From contig NC_043008.1 in the NCBI RefSeq assembly GCF_006345805.1, positions 43,586,001 to 43,650,000 on the forward strand: 64,000 nucleotides of DNA, given 5' to 3'. This stretch comes from Octopus sinensis (lineage: Eukaryota). The notes beneath the pieces were generated by a model, which was given only the letters and a program-made list of their open reading frames with translations, searched no databases and was not told the origin of the DNA. The position numbers were made by a program, and so were the translations under genes. This document shows positions 9,076-20,948 of the stretch, piece by piece. Within the stretch, counting starts at the first letter, position 1. Each line of letters opens with the position of its first letter.

Positions 9076-9742
9076 TCAATAGAGAGAACTGAGGACATTC
9101 AATATTTTGTTTCCCCCACCCTTAAATAAAAAAAAAAAAAATTTCTCCCCACCCATTCCTTCACTCCCCCCCCCCACTTCGTCCGTCTCTTTAGTCTGAA
9201 TATCTTATTGTAAATATCTTTATAAGTTGCTGCCATACCAGCTCTGCATGTGTGTGTGTGTGTGTGTGTGTGTTATTAATTCTATAGAAATTCTTTTAAT
9301 GCACTGACAGAAAGTAAATGCAGTTTGTTTTGGTTTGTTTTTTTTTTACCTTCATTGTTGTTGTTTTTATGCATAAAAAATTGCCCCTCCCCCCTCTCTC
9401 CCGTTCCCACCCACTTTCACTAAAAAAAAGAAAAAGACAGAAAACGAAAACCCAAAAAAAATGTTGTTAAATTGTCCTTTAAAATGATATATAAATTTTT
9501 AAAAAATTTATATGTATATAATATATATATACATATATATATATATAGATATATATATACACATTTATATATGTAAGTGTGTGTATATGTATAAGAGTTA
9601 AGTGGAGGAATATTAGGAAAATGGTTTGTTATTGAAATGAATTCAAATTTTTGCTAATTCTAAAGAGAAAGTGAATAGAAATTATGATAATGCAATTTGC
9701 ATTAGGATTCCTAATATAAACATACAAATATGATGTATATAA

Positions 9743-10185
9743 CATCATCATCATCGTTTAACATTCGCTTTCCATGCTGGCATGGGTTGGACGATTTGAC
9801 TGAGGGCTGGCGAACCAGATGGCTGCACCAGGCTCCAATCTCAATCTGGCAGTTTCTACAGCTGGATGCACTTCCTACCAGTAACCACTCCAAGAGTGTA
9901 GTGGGTGCTCTTACACGCCACTGGTACGAGGGCCAGTCAGCCGATATTGGCAACGGCCACGCTCGAATGGTGTTTTTACGTGCTACCTGCACAGGAGCCA
10001 GTCTTGCGGCACTAGCAACGACCTCGCTCGAATATTTTTTCACGTCCCACTGGCACAAGTGCTAATATAGCGACGCTGGTAACGATCCCACTCGAATGGT
10101 GCTTTTTATGTGCCACTGGCACGAAAGCCAGTCAGCTGCCCTGGCAATGATCACAGTTGGATGGTGCTCTAAGGGCTCCACTAAG
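9743..10185 (-). mobile_element. RTE-type LINE 3'UTR (antisense)
   Basis: Starts CATCATCATCATCGTTTAACATTCGCTTTCCATGCTGGCATGGGTTGG, the reverse complement of the tail seen at 4290-4340, 4975-5020 and 11770-11820. Confidence 0.75.
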
Positions 10186-10284
10186 TTAGATAAAGTTAAG
10201 TACCAGTTGCATACTGGGGTTGATCTAATCCACTGGCCACCTCCCCAAAACTTTTGGGCCTTGTAACAGATTTAGGTAGGTTAA

Positions 10285-10480
10285 CCCTTTAGTATTCAAA
10301 CTGGCCATCTCTGACCAAAATATACCTGTTTTATCCTTAAACTGGCCACATCTGGTCTCTCGCACCTACCCTACAATGTCAGTTTAGAAACAAACAATTT
10401 CATTTACAAAATCTGAAAGCTTCAAAATAATGCATTTTTAATCAAAACAATGTAAATAAATAAACAAGCATTACATTTGC
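10285..10480. mobile_element. piggyBac-like MITE, inverted partial copy of 1590-1810
   Basis: TTAA|CCCTTTAG at 10281-10292; the body matches the reverse complement of 1630-1810; the other TIR is absent. Confidence 0.65.
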
Positions 10481-11559
10481 CAAGACATCATCAAATGTGT
10501 CCTTCACTTTCAGAGAGATGATTTAGCTGCTATTTCTAGTGGGTTCACTGAATGCACAGACACTCTCTAATATACTTGGCTCTCTTATTATTATTTTTGC
10601 ATCCACTTCTCCATTCTGTAATGAATTGGATGAGTCTTTCAATAAAGTATTTCTCTTGTCTCAGTTCTTTGTATGAACTAGTTTTTGGTCAAGCCACGAC
10701 AACAAAAGATTTTAATTGTTTGCCTCCTAGAATTTGAGAATACAAGTGAAAGGCGTCAATTGTCTTACCAAATGCCAATATCTGCTCAGGTTTCCTTACA
10801 ACCAATTCCATACTAACATGTTTTCTAACGCATCTTCTCTTATTCTTTGATTTTTTTTTTCCCTCTTGTTTTGCAGGAATTGTTACAAAAGACAAAAGAA
10901 AAAAAAAAACTAACAAACAGAAAAACAAAAAAACAAAAAGACCTTTGAGAATAAACCAAGACTTTTCTGTTGGTGTTCCTACATTGCAGCCCCACCCTTG
11001 AGAAGCACCACAGGCACATAAGTGGAAGACGGGGGAGGGCATCCGTATGAATTATTTCTCTTTTATTATGGCACAAATGAATTTTAAACAAAAATAACAA
11101 AAATTATTAAAAAATCTTTTTTTTTTCTTTATTTTTGGTTTCTCAAAGGAAGAACATTTATAATGAGATTTGCAAAGTAAAAAAAACAAAAGCCAAGCAA
11201 AAAATATGAAAAATAAATCTGACTTCTTTTGCACAATGCTGTTGTTGTTGTTGTTGTTTATTTCTTTAGCCTTTAACCATTGAAATTAGTCTTTCAAATG
11301 TAATGCTTGTTTGTCTTTTCTTCTTTTTTTTACTTGTTTCAGTCTTTGGACTGCGGCCAGACTGGAGCACCGTCTTAAAAAAATTTTTTTTTTTAGCAGA
11401 AAAAACCAGTCCCCAATGTGTGCTTCTTTAAAGCTTGGTATTCTAGCCTCCTTTTGCTGAGCCTCTAAGTCACTGGAACATAAACAAACTGACACCAGTT
11501 GTGAAGCCTAGTGGCGGTGGCAAACATACACATACACACACACACAGTTAAGAAAGCTT

Positions 11560-11825
11560 CCAGTCCACACTGTGAAGTGGTTGGCTTTGAAAGGACATCC
11601 AGCTGTAAAACCGATGCCAAAGCTAATCTCGCCTGTGCTGGTGCCACATAAAAAACACTCCGACCACTCTGTGGAGTGGTTTGGTGTTAGGAAAGGTTTC
11701 CAACCATAAGATCCCTTCCAAAACAGATACAGTAGCCTGGGATAGTCTTCTGCCTGGCTGGCTCCTGTCAACCATCCTACCCATGCCCACATGGAAGATG
11801 GACATTAAACGATGATGATAATGAT
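11560..11825 (+). mobile_element. RTE-type LINE 3'UTR (sense)
   Basis: Contains CATCCAGCTGTAAAACC and ends CCCATGCCCACATGGAAGATGGACATTAAACGATGATGAT. Confidence 0.65.
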
Positions 11826-12273
11826 GTGCTGGGCTTTTTCCAGTTTCCACGAAAAGATAGCTTAAACTGTGCTCTAAATGGAAGTGTAGTCAAATCCTAT
11901 TTTATGGACTCAGCCATGTTCTAAAATAAGTTGAAATGTAAGCTACTACAAATCGGCACGAACTTTCCGGACAATCCGATATATATATATATGTATACGT
12001 GTATCTGTGTGCTACTGCCTGCTTGCCCTGCTTGGACATTAAATGATGATGATAATGATGCGCTGGGCTTTTTCCAGTTTCCATCTACAAAATCCACTCA
12101 CAAGGCCTTGGTCATCCCAGAACTATAGTAGGAGACACTTGTTCAAGGAGCTGCACTTTAGGATCAAATCCAAGACTACGCAGTTTGGTTGCCACCTTTT
12201 GTATTACACATTCTGCCTATAAAAAGTGAGATATTTACAGTACTTAGGTTTTCCAAACAGTCACCCATCTAAA

Positions 12274-12672
12274 TCTCTATATAAATAAAGCTGAAGTTGT
12301 CTGTGTATGGCAGGTTTGGTAGCCTTCAACTAACACTATCTCCTCTGAGACCCTGCAGTGCAAGTTGACCAAAAATGAGAGTATGATACAAGAAGGCTTG
12401 CTCTACATTCCGTAGAAGAAAAAATTCAAATCGGACCATGTTAACACCAAAAATTATTTACATCAAAAAGGTGCTTTTTTTCTATGAAAATCCCTAATCT
12501 TTTACGATTTTTTGACTGCTGTGTTGCCATTTTTCGGTGTATTTCAACCAGAAAAATGTTCACTTAAAGAGAATAACAAGCTACATAACGCAACATTTTT
12601 ACTTTTCAAAAATTCCAATTCTAAAAGGTCAAAAAGAAAACAAGCCTGAGCAGCGCTGGGCGATACTGCTAG
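12274..12672 (+). mobile_element. Non-autonomous Helitron-like element (399 bp)
   Basis: 5' TC after A (A|TCTCTATATAAA), 3' CTAG before T, and an imperfect GC hairpin GCCTGAGCAGCGCTGGGC (12644-12661) a few nt before CTAG; no TSD. Confidence 0.7.
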
Positions 12673-12967
12673 TTCTAACTAAGCTCAATATTGTTTAACA
12701 CTTTTGAAAGCAATCCACCTTAAACTGCCCTAGTTTGGATGTTAGAAATTTTGTTTTAATTAAATTAAAAGTTTCCATTAAAATTTCATCTTCATTTACA
12801 ATCCAAACATTTTCAAACTTAATTGAAACAAAGTTGGTGCATGTTGACTGGAATATGGTAATAAAAGAGTTAACTTTGGTGTTTGGACAAGAACCAGTGC
12901 TTTCAATGTGATATGGTCATAAGCATTGTTCACAGTCATCATCATCATCATCGTTTAGCGTCCGCTT

Positions 12968-13099
12968 TGTTTTGAATTAATCATGCATTATCTTGTAGCT
13001 TCAAGATTTCAATGTTTATATTTAGAATCACATTGTAGTGTAGGCGTGAAAGGCCAGGTCTGGCAGGTTTGAACATAGGACAGGTTGAATGCTAAAGGG
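12968..13099. mobile_element. piggyBac-like MITE, 3' partial copy
   Basis: Ends GCTAAAGGG|TTAA (13100-13103); the body matches 1645-1810. Confidence 0.65.
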
Positions 13100-13210
13100 T
13101 TAACTAGGTTCCTTTCATCAAATAAATGGGCTGTGGCCATGCTGGGCTCCCACCTACAAGTCTTGACCTTTGACCCTCAATACTTGTTTAAGTATGATAT
13201 ATATATATAT

Positions 13211-13241
<31 letters not shown>

Positions 13242-13329
13242 CACACATATTCATGTATCTATACATATTTGTTCATTTGTGTGTACATGTATGTATGTAT
13301 AATGAGTGTATATATATATATGTGTGTGT

Positions 13330-13550
13330 CCGATCCCCATATACTGCATTAATATTCCTCGCACTTTCTGTTGCGTTGTTGCATTAATTGAACTCATAAA
13401 GCAAAATATGCCGAATATGCTCCTTTGTCATTTCCATTATAGCTTTGAAAAAATAGCAAAATAACTGTTAAAATCCAACTACACTCTTCAAAACTTGCAC
13501 TAAGAATGAGTACAAGGTAACATTACTACCTGCTTTTATAGTGAATTGAT
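13330..13550 (-). mobile_element. Mariner 5' fragment, same family as 53183-54375
   Basis: Closely matches 54175-54375; the reverse strand reads MEMTKEHIRHILL.EF. Confidence 0.75.
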
Positions 13551-13631
13551 ACAGGTAATTTTATCCTGTCCCCCTCATGCAATTGAAAAAAAAAAGCACT
13601 TTATTTATGGGAGATCCAGTATACATACATG

Positions 13632-13669
<38 letters not shown>

Positions 13670-13673
<4 letters not shown>

Positions 13674-14462
13674 AAGTGGGGCTGAAAAGTCAATAGATTG
13701 ACTATGAAGGAATGATGTCAGAGCTGTAAGATCCTCCATGTGTTAATTTCAACACTTTTTATTAATAACGTCATTGTTTCCTCCCAGGTAAACTGACACC
13801 TGACTGTTCAAAGAGGACTTCAAAAACAACTACTGGCGACTTCTCTTGAAAATGGCCAAAATCTGGCATCGCGCTGTTATGAAGTAATTGTAGATAAAGG
13901 GTAGCCCCCCAAGGACATTCATACTGACATGGTTGCCACATTAGGGGCTGATACTCCAGCTTTATCAGCATTGCAAAAGTGGGCAGTTGAATTTAGGACA
14001 TTGGCCGTGTTTGCCACAAAGTGAAGTTTGGCAGGCGAATGACTATAAATGAAAATCGCCACTGCTATTAGCATATCCTGTGAGAGATTTGAGAATATTC
14101 TACCCAATGGACTTGGCATGAAGAAGGTTTCTGCTCGCTGGTGTCACGTCTTCTGATAGCAGATCACATCACGGGAAAATCTGACACTGAGGCAGATCCA
14201 GCTGATTTCCTTGAACATTTTCTTAAGCCAAGATCACTGTTGGCTTCATCACTTTGAGCCAGAGACAAAGAGACAATCCACGCAGTGGAAACAATCCTCC
14301 TCACCAACACCAAAGAAGGCCAAGGTAGTTTCATTCGCAGGGATGGTGATGGCCTCGGTTTTATGGGATGCAAAAGGCATTGTGTTTATTGACTATCTTG
14401 AAATGGGACACACCATCAAAGGGGAGCACTATGCTGATTTGTTGAGGCAGTTTCACACCAAC
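13670..14462 (+). mobile_element. Degenerate mariner (DD34D-type) transposon, 3'-truncated
   Basis: From 13852 MAKIWHRAVMK*...KDIH.DMVATLG (HTH region). ORF 14211-14471 reads QDHCWLHHFEPETKRQS.QWK...PTPKKAK...VMASVLWDAKGIVFIDYL. Stops and frameshifts are present. Confidence 0.85.
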
Positions 14463-15159
14463 ACCATTTAGTTTTAGAATGACATTGCAGGATAGGTATG
14501 AGAAGACAGATCTGGTCTATTTGAATATAAAACAAGTCGAATATTTGAGCCGGATCTGGCCAGTTTAAGGGCTTTCTATCCTTCCTTCTCTCTATTTGCT
14601 ACTTTCTATTTTCTCTTTCCTTTACACCTTTCCTTCCTTCCTTTCTTTCTACCTTCCTTCCTTCTTTCCTTCCTTCCTTTCTTTCTTTCTCCCACTTTAT
14701 CTTTTCTCTAACCCTCTTCCTTCCATTTTATTATCATTGTCTTTTTTTTTACATTTTCCCTCATTTCATTATTTTTCCTTTATTTTAGCTTTCAACTCTT
14801 TGTTTCTTTGTTCTTCTCATTCATTCGCCTCCCCCGCCCACCCACACGCTTTCTTACCTGTTTATTTCTCCCTCTCTCTCTCTCTCTTTCTCCCTCCCAC
14901 ACATTCTAAATTATCCGAGTAACATTTTACACAATGTCCACCTAACACTGGTGTCACTAATGAAATAGCAATATCCGGTCAACCTACACACTACACACAC
15001 ACACACACACATATATATACATATATACACGTATGTATGCGTGTATATGTGTGTGTATATACACACAATACACACATTTATATACATATACACATGTATG
15101 TGTGTGTATGTATATATATATATATATGTCACACATATATATATATGTGTGTGTGTATG

Positions 15160-15200
<41 letters not shown>

Positions 15201-15611
15201 ATGTATATATGGTACACAGACATATATAGTTTGTATATATTGTTCCCGCTGTCTCCATCCCTCTGTTCTCCACCCACGAACCATTTCCTCTCCTGGTTCT
15301 GTATAGAAATAAGTAAAAAACACAACAGATCTCTTTCATTCCAAATAACATCGTTACAACAACAACCACAACATCAGTACGAACAACAAGCACAGCAGCA
15401 ACACCAATTCTAAAATCTACATCAACAAAGACAAGAGAAACACTAAGAAGAACGGCAGCAGCAACAACAACAACATCGTCAGTTACTACGAGAACCGTAA
15501 CCGCGGTACCACCATGACCACCACCAACAAAAACAACGTCAATCCAAATAGCAACGACAACAACAGCAATATCAATGATATGATGAACATCCACAACAGC
15601 AGCAGCAACAA

Positions 15612-15969
15612 GTGGAGGCGCAATGGCCCAGTGGTTAGGGCAGCGGACTCGCGGTTTCGATTCCCAGACCGGGCGTTGTGTGTGTTTATTGAGCGAAAAC
15701 ACCTAAAGCTACATGAGGCTCCGGCAGGGGATGGGGTGGCGACCCCTGTTGTACTTTTTCGCCCCAACTTTCTCTCACACTTTCTTCCTGTTTCTTGTCC
15801 CCGACTTCCTATGCAACCGCTGAGCCTGGATGCGCATTCATCCATCCGTCGATGCTCTCGGTGTCGGGGGTTGACCTGCTTTCTCTTCTGCGGGTCTTAC
15901 GAATAGCAAAGGACCACGTTTCGGACTTCTCCCATCATGCGAGCTCTGGGACGAAGACCGTTCGCTCAA
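15612..15969 (+). mobile_element. SINE family A, tail type 2
   Basis: Same tRNA-like head and core as 565-866, with a different 3' half. Near-TSD CAGCAGCAACAA / CAGTAGCAACAA (15600-15611, 15970-15981) within a CAA/CAG tract. Confidence 0.8.
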
Positions 15970-16420
15970 CAGTAGCAACAACAACAACAACAGCAGCTGC
16001 GACAGTCACGACAATAAGAGCAACAACATCATATCAGCGACAAATACAGCAGCAACAGCGATGATAATTTGGTTACACAAATATGAGTAAATAAAACAAT
16101 AGTTTTCTCGGAATATTTTCCGTTTGGTTTAGAACCGAATTTTCGTGAAATTTCTTTCACAGATATAGATATAGATGCTAATTATGAAAACCACATTAAT
16201 TTTTGTGAGGAATTAATATTGGTTTCCGATGTAAGCATAAAGCCAGGCGCTAGTCGATACCATTGATTCCAGTACTTGACTGGTACATTATTTTATCGAT
16301 TTGACTATAGAACGTACAGTGTCGGATCAAATAGTACGATACATTTCATCCGAGGTTCCAAAGATTTCGTCAATCCACCGCTCTGACGACAATACTACTA
16401 CTACTAATAATAATAATAAT

Positions 16421-16998
16421 TGCCTTGATGCAGTACCAGGCAGTAGCTCTCATGGCTTCTGATCTTAACTGATTGGAAGTGTTATCATGTACATTGTTTT
16501 GCCTTGGTATAAAAGATGGGCTATAGCAAATATTCTGCTCAATACCACAGATTTGCTTGTCAGTTGCTTGACCTTAACCAGTTGAGCATGTCCCTTACTG
16601 TCTGACGATATGTGCATCACTGATCACGAGCAGAAGTAGTGGGGGAGCATCAGAGCCATGTGTTGAGAAGGATTCTTTGGGGGTTTGAATAATTCACCCT
16701 TGGAACATGGGTGTTTCGTTCAACATCCTTAAACAACCCTTATTCAGGGACCTTTTGAGCGGGATGGGCTACTCGACCTGAAGAAAATTCTAACTGGGCT
16801 CCACCTGCAAGGTCATGCGCTGTTTATTTTGATATGAGATCACCTTGTCGCGAACATTTGGTTGTGATGCATGTGCCTAGTGTACCCTTATCAGACGGGT
16901 AATCATGATGAGTATACTGGGCTTCGTATATTTTACCCCAGTGTCACTTTGATGGCTTGAACTGCTCTCTCACTCAATAATAATAATAATAATAAAAT
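16421..16998 (+). mobile_element. Family D: 5'-truncated non-LTR 3' end with (AAT)n tail
   Basis: Homologous segments at 20313-20647, 38195-38542, 39090-39171 and 50372-50420 with different 5' truncation points. Ends CTCTCTCACTC(AAT)n. Confidence 0.75.
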
Positions 16999-17046
16999 AA
17001 GAACAGGCGTAGGCATGGGTGTGTGCTTAAGAAGTTTCTTTACTAG

Positions 17047-17188
17047 CCACAAGGGGATAAACATAGAAAGGACAAACAAGGACAGACGAAGGGATTAAGT
17101 CGATTATATCGACTCCAGTACGTAACTGGTACTTATTTAATCGACCCCGAAAGGATCACAAGCAAAGTCGACCTCGGCGGAATTTGAA
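17047..17188 (-). mobile_element. SINE family C, 5'-truncated
   Basis: Reverse complement of the 3' half of 6219-6451. Confidence 0.8.
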
Positions 17189-18697
17189 ACGGAGAAAATA
17201 AACATCAGCACCAACCACAAAGCACAAGAACGGCACCACTATCAACCTCAGTAACAAGAAAAACAACAAAAACCAGTCCACCACCACCACTACCATTATA
17301 TCCAACGGCAACAACAATAACAACAACACTTTGCAATACAATATTGGTAAGTTAATGGCACTTTGCACGATTCAGCTGACGTTTTTCTAAGTTCTTAATT
17401 ACATCTCATCTCATTTCTTTGACACTTCAGTGACGACACATGTTTGCATTTGATTCAACTCTCTCCGTCTCCCCAACAACAACAACGAACAATGAACATT
17501 TTAAGTATTATTTCTCTCTTTTACGTGTATGCATGTGTGTGTATGTATTTATATGTTTGAATGTATGTATGTATTTGTATATATTTTATTCTCTCTGTTT
17601 CATTTTCTTTCTCGTCTTCACTTTAATTTTAAAAACAAAAGTTTTCCGAAAGAATTTCTCCAATACTATAGCTAGGAATAACACTTTAGAAAGAAAAATA
17701 TCAAATTCAAGAGGAACTCTGCAAAAGAAATATTTATTCATTCTAAATTATTGCTATTGTTGTTATTATCATTGTATGGTGAAGTGTGTCGACGTGTCTG
17801 AGCTCGCTTCGATTGCGTGGAGATATTTTTGTCAGCCAAAATAAAAAAAAATAAAATTCTTCTACGAATTATCTACGACTAGAATATTCTTTCGAATTCG
17901 CCGAGTTTACCTAATATCGAGATAAACTCAAGGTCGGGTCTGTTGCTACATAACAGTTTTATTTTCATGTCTTATCACAGTTACATCCCACCCCTTAAGA
18001 TAACTCACAATTAACTAAACGTAGTTCACAAGCAGAAGAAAAAAATGAGAATAGTAATTTAATTGTATAGCAAAACTTTAAGCGTGAAAAGTCATTTGTT
18101 AACAGCTGTGAAACACCTGCTTAAATACTTCGTGCGATGATGTTAGGAACAACAACAACAACAAAATCAACAGCAGCAACAACAATAACAATAGAAACAT
18201 CAATAACAACGACAATTGTATCCAGTCTTTTCTAAATGAACATTTTTTTTTTGATAATTTGCATGTCAAATGGCAGCTTCGCTGGTGTCGTAAGCAAAAA
18301 GAAGCAAAACAGTTTTTAATGAATATTTTCGCACAGAAAAAAGCCAACTTGATACAGACACATCGCAAAGAATAATGCTTCTTTACCTGACTACTAATGC
18401 ACAGGAGCAAGTGAAAAAATATTTTTTCCGAATGCATGCCACTGAGTACAAATACAATGCAAAGATGTATTAATGGTATTCTCGATGGCGTAGAGGGAAA
18501 ATTTTGGTATCAAAACTTCAACACTGCAAATTACCATCTAACTTGATGAATCAACTTTCAGTGGTTCAAATAATCGTTAGGCCCACGTGAGATATTGTAG
18601 ACCAAGTCTTAATGTCACATCTTAAAGATGATGCGACAGTTTTTCAATGGTTGATGGATTAACTGAAGGAATGTCTACACACTTCAAATAATATTAC

Positions 18698-18822
18698 AGC
18701 TGTGCATGCTGACGGTACCCTTGTAATGGTGGCCATCACAGAAGATTTTCATACTTAAGGAAAGGACTTCGATATACGTAGTGTTCATTGTATGCTGTAC
18801 TGTCACCATCTTGCTTATAAGA
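18698..18822 (+). mobile_element. Possible decayed hAT (Charlie/Buster-like) transposase fragment
   Basis: Reads AVHADGTLVMV...*...SVHCMLYCHHLAYK, resembling the TDGAxxMxG and HCxxHxxxLAxK motifs; contains one stop. Confidence 0.4.
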
Positions 18823-19416
18823 AGATCTGTGGGGAACTGCCTGGCCCTCCAAAAGTATGTAAGATATCAAACAATAAAATTATAGGGCCTACACTCATCT
18901 AGGTGTTTAGGCCTTTCTTTATAGGCTAGATCACATGGTTGTAATACTATCAGATGGATATTGGTAGAATGGTGGCGTCACTTTGGTGACAGGTTGCAGC
19001 AAAGTATATTCAGCAAAGCTAACCAATTGAAGCTTAAACATGTAGAAGCCACCTTGAATTTTCCTGAAAACCTCCACTCTGCTCCTAGCATTTGGTGAGA
19101 TGGACGTCTCTTAAGCCCCCATGAAACTTTAAGTCATGTGGAACTGGTGGAGGGTCAAACTATTATGAAAACTATTTGTAATTCCTACAAAATGTTTTGA
19201 ATGCTACTTTCTTTCGTTTCTTCACTCGTATTTTATGTCTGTATGTATATATCTACATACACACATACATACATGTACGTGTGTATCTGTGTGTATGCAA
19301 ACGGAAGCCCAGCATGATATCTCTTGAAGTGTGTAACAAGCATTAAAAAGAAAAAAATCGAAAAATGGAGATCTTTTAAGACTTCACCAAACTAGAAACG
19401 ATGTACTCTTTGATTG

Positions 19417-19460
<44 letters not shown>

Positions 19461-20312
19461 CACACACACACACACACACACTCATTGCACACACGGCACG
19501 CACGCACACAAACTTGTTTGAGAAATCTTAATTCCTGATTTTATAAACGATTTGACTCGGTCTACTCAGCCACTTACAAGATTGTTGTTGTTTTTTTAAT
19601 CGTGTCTAAAATCGAAACATTTATTTTGATTGTATCATATGGAGCACAATTCCTCCGTTCAATGGATTTTTATCAATCTCCGAAATTTCAAATACTTGAA
19701 CATATTTTTATACTCGATGCCTCGATATCTCTTCCAATTAGAAATTCATCTCAGATCTTTTCCATTATTTTTTGGTTCTAATGATTCTGCAACTGGAACC
19801 AGAACTAAAAGCATTATCTTTGAGTGGAATTTTTTAAGGGAATGTTTCAAGTATGAAGAACACTTCTTGATTTTGTTTTCGTTTAGTTTCCTATCAGCAT
19901 TTATTATATTGCTTCGAGCTTCCCTCCTACATACACCCAACTAACAAAGAATACGCATCACAGAACATACTATTTTCTAGAATGCTTCTACAGCATCCAT
20001 TGATTAATCTATCATTTAGAATTTACTTTCTGCTTCAAAACAACAAGTTTTTTTTTCCTCAGACTTCGGTCTGGGAAACTCGGCAGCTCCCTTCGAAAGT
20101 TTTCGCCCCTATTTAATGCTTTGCGAATGATTAAAACACCGACAAGAGGGGGAGTATCTCCATTTCTCTGACCAATGCTGTAGTCATTAGTTCAGGCTCT
20201 TCGGTTAATTTCCTTAACTCGACATTTGACGTCGTTTATGATTTGATGCTCGAGATAAATTAGTTAGTTAGTTAGTTAGTTAATTTGGCTCAAAAGCAAA
20301 TAGCAAGGCCAT

Positions 20313-20647
20313 GTAGGGGGGTAGCATCACAGCCATGGTGGGGGAGCATCACAGCCATGAGTTGAGAGGGATTCTTTGGGGCTTGAATAATTCACCGCTG
20401 GAAACATGGGTGTTTCGTTCAACATCCTTAAACAACCCTTGTTCAGGGACCTTTTGAGCGGGATGGGCTACTCGACCAGAAGAAAATTCTAACTGGGCCT
20501 CACCTGCAAGGTCATGTGCTGTTTATCTTGATATGTGATCACCATGTCGCGCACATATGGTTGTAATGCATGTGCCTAGTGTACCCTTATCAGACTGGTA
20601 GTCATGATGGGTATACAGGGCTTCATATATTTTACCCCAGTGTCACT
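20313..20647 (+). mobile_element. Family D fragment
   Basis: Matches 16640-16948; has a short tandem duplication at its 5' junction. Confidence 0.75.
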
Positions 20648-20891
20648 TAAAAAAAAAAAAAGACAGACTTATGAAGAACACACACACACACACACACAGA
20701 GTTTTGTCTTCCAAATTTCGCATATACTATGATTCTATGTCTTAATATAAAAATCTCTTGTTTAAGAGTCTGTGCCATGACTGTAATCGAACTCACAAAC
20801 CTAGGTACGTTAAAAAAATAAATGAAGGTTGAATGTGTATGAAAGCTGATAATAATACGAAAGAAAAACGCCACCGACGTAAATTATACCA

Positions 20892-20938
<47 letters not shown>

Positions 20939-20948
20939 ATATCTATCT

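Noticed and set aside
6899-9129. Dozens of Y/I/C/V/M/H/T-rich ORFs (also at 15.0-15.4, 26.3-27.2, 36.0-37.1, 45.1-46.7, 54.5-56.4, 59.3-59.7 and 62.4-63.4 kb)
   Set aside because: They are translations of (TA)n, (TG)n, (AAT)n and (CAC)n microsatellites, open in several frames at once.
11803-12082. 48-bp direct repeat (11803-11850 and 12033-12082); also ~55 bp at 62062 and 62668
   Set aside because: Small local duplications at TE junctions with no further structure.
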